Shown: positions 62,908 to 64,000 of the stretch, piece by piece | How the letters are laid out: every line of letters begins with the position of its first letter | Position numbering within the stretch: the first letter of the stretch is position 1 | Origin: Giardia intestinalis | Taxonomy: Eukaryota | Assembly: GCA_000002435.2 (NCBI GenBank) | Contig: CM018793.1 | Length of the DNA stretch: 64,000 bases | Reading direction: 5' to 3' (one strand) | Program-made: the position numbers and the translations under genes | Notes under the pieces: generated by a model | What the model was told of the DNA's origin: nothing | What the model saw: the letters and a program-made list of their open reading frames with translations, nothing else | Databases searched by the model: none

Positions 62908-64000
62908 ATGCTGCAGCATGCCAATCTTCTGTCCTATCGCTCCATATACTACGATCCTCCTTTGAGCACTTTGACCATTTTGACAGAGATCCCTGGCCAA
63001 AGCCTGTTATCTTTTTGCACTGAGCATTATGCTACCGCGGGGATCCTTCCGCCCGAGTGTATCCTGTGGCGCATCATAGCCCAGACCCTTTCGGTCTACC
63101 ATTACTTGCAGACCCAAGAGCTCTCCCTCTGCGCCTCTGAGGCCGCCCAATACCATTATTATATTATTCCAACTATGACAAACACATATGTGTCTGACAG
63201 CTCGTCATCTTTTTCTATCAAATTGTCATTCGTGGGCGCGACTCACAGTGGGCTAGACTATAGCATTACTCAACCGGAGGACCTATTGTTCAGGCAGTAC
63301 AGGCTGGCTGATGCCGAAAGCTTCTCTTTCACCCGCAGGACGAACGTGATTCTTAGCTTAAAGGCATTGGGCCTGCTTCTATATAATTTCATCTCGTTTG
63401 GAGCTTCCCACCAACTATCTACAGACCCTCTGTCTCAAGAGAAGATAGAGGACATATTAGACTCTGAACAATTTAGAAGCTACTCCCCGGAGTTCCGCAA
63501 GATTTTTTCACTCTTTGTGTCTCCAGGAATATACATTCAGGAGAATGCTATAGATATCACCCATAGTGACATAGATCTTCTTTCATTTTTATCTCATCCT
63601 ATGATTCTATCTGCATTAATAAAATTTGACAATATCAATCTACAATTAAGGTTGCAATCCGTTAAAAAATTATATTCAAAAATTAAAGCTGGGGCCCGAA
63701 AATGGCTGGCTAGGAAGGGCTTGCTTGTTAGGGGAGTCCTTGAAGACTCGGTGGTAGCAGGAGAGTCACGGACTAAGGGCGATAGCAACTCAAAGCAGCG
63801 AAAGGAAAAGCACCATAAGATGAAGGTAAGCTTTCATACTGACCTTTCTGTGCAGAATTATGACAAGAACAGTTGCATTGACCCCAGTGTAGCGTTGGCC
63901 ATACTAGATAATCCTGCTCCACTCGCAACTGACTTTGCTTTGTCTGCAAACATTACTTCAAATGATAACATAACTGAGAACAGGGCACCACAACCCCTAA
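62908..64000 (+). CDS. Kinase-like ORF, a probable pseudokinase. It is partial and runs off the window end.
   Basis: In frame 1 it reads LQHANLLSYRS..., LTILTEIPGQSLLSF, LPPECILWRIIAQTLSVYHYLQTQ and IKLSFVGATH. These resemble kinase subdomains IV-VII with no intact HRD or DFG. The same frame is closed by a stop at 62806, so the N-lobe is missing or frameshifted. Confidence 0.3.
   Translation, partial: MLQHANLLSYRSIYYDPPLSTLTILTEIPGQSLLSFCTEHYATAGILPPECILWRIIAQTLSVYHYLQTQELSLCASEAAQYHYYIIPTMTNTYVSDSSSSFSIKLSFVGATHSGLDYSITQPEDLLFRQYRLADAESFSFTRRTNVILSLKALGLLLYNFISFGASHQLSTDPLSQEKIEDILDSEQFRSYSPEFRKIFSLFVSPGIYIQENAIDITHSDIDLLSFLSHPMILSALIKFDNINLQLRLQSVKKLYSKIKAGARKWLARKGLLVRGVLEDSVVAGESRTKGDSNSKQRKEKHHKMKVSFHTDLSVQNYDKNSCIDPSVALAILDNPAPLATDFALSANITSNDNITENRAPQPL

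Noticed and set aside
1-64000. Prokaryotic interpretation (operons, RBS, CRISPR, mobile elements), which the task framing suggested.
   Set aside because: The gene content is unambiguously eukaryotic and diplomonad. It includes VSP CRGKA tails, a conserved VSP polyadenylation motif, a NEK kinase expansion, ankyrin 21.1-type proteins, EF-hand and LRR proteins. No transposase, integrase or IS-like ORFs were seen.

Overview
The window reads as nuclear DNA from Giardia intestinalis or a very close relative, not a prokaryote. Three things point that way. First, Cys-rich CXXC surface-protein genes end in the diagnostic ...[17 protein letters not shown] tail, each followed by the conserved VSP 3' motif ACTTAGGTAGT(A/G)AAT. 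Second, there is an expansion of NEK-type kinases and pseudokinases, some fused to ankyrin repeats, plus a 21.1-like ankyrin protein. Third, the genes are intronless, densely packed and sometimes overlapping, with short AT-rich 5' flanks.

The dominant structure is a direct segmental duplication of at least 11.9 kb (1..11981 and 40624..51511). The window's left edge truncates the first copy. Each copy carries a convergent (tail-to-tail) pair of VSP genes, a duplicated VSP tail fragment, a GC-rich spacer bounded by an imperfect inverted repeat, and a degenerate VSP 3' relic.

The two copies differ in biologically interesting ways. The minus-strand VSP has six tandem 219-bp (73-aa) repeats in copy 1 and one in copy 2. 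The plus-strand VSP has a diverged N-terminus and 5' flank inside an otherwise near-identical duplication.

The ~28 kb between the copies holds ordinary Giardia genes. These are one apparently active NEK kinase and two kinase-like pseudokinases between the copies, plus one more pseudokinase and a partial kinase-like ORF in the last ~2.3 kb. The rest are a deoxynucleoside-kinase-family salvage enzyme, an EF-hand protein, an LRR protein, a 4-TM membrane protein, a coiled-coil protein and several large hypothetical proteins, one of about 2,015 aa.

The six-frame ORF track allows GTG/TTG starts, so several CDS starts were moved to the first in-frame ATG. No rRNA, CRISPR array or convincing tRNA was found.
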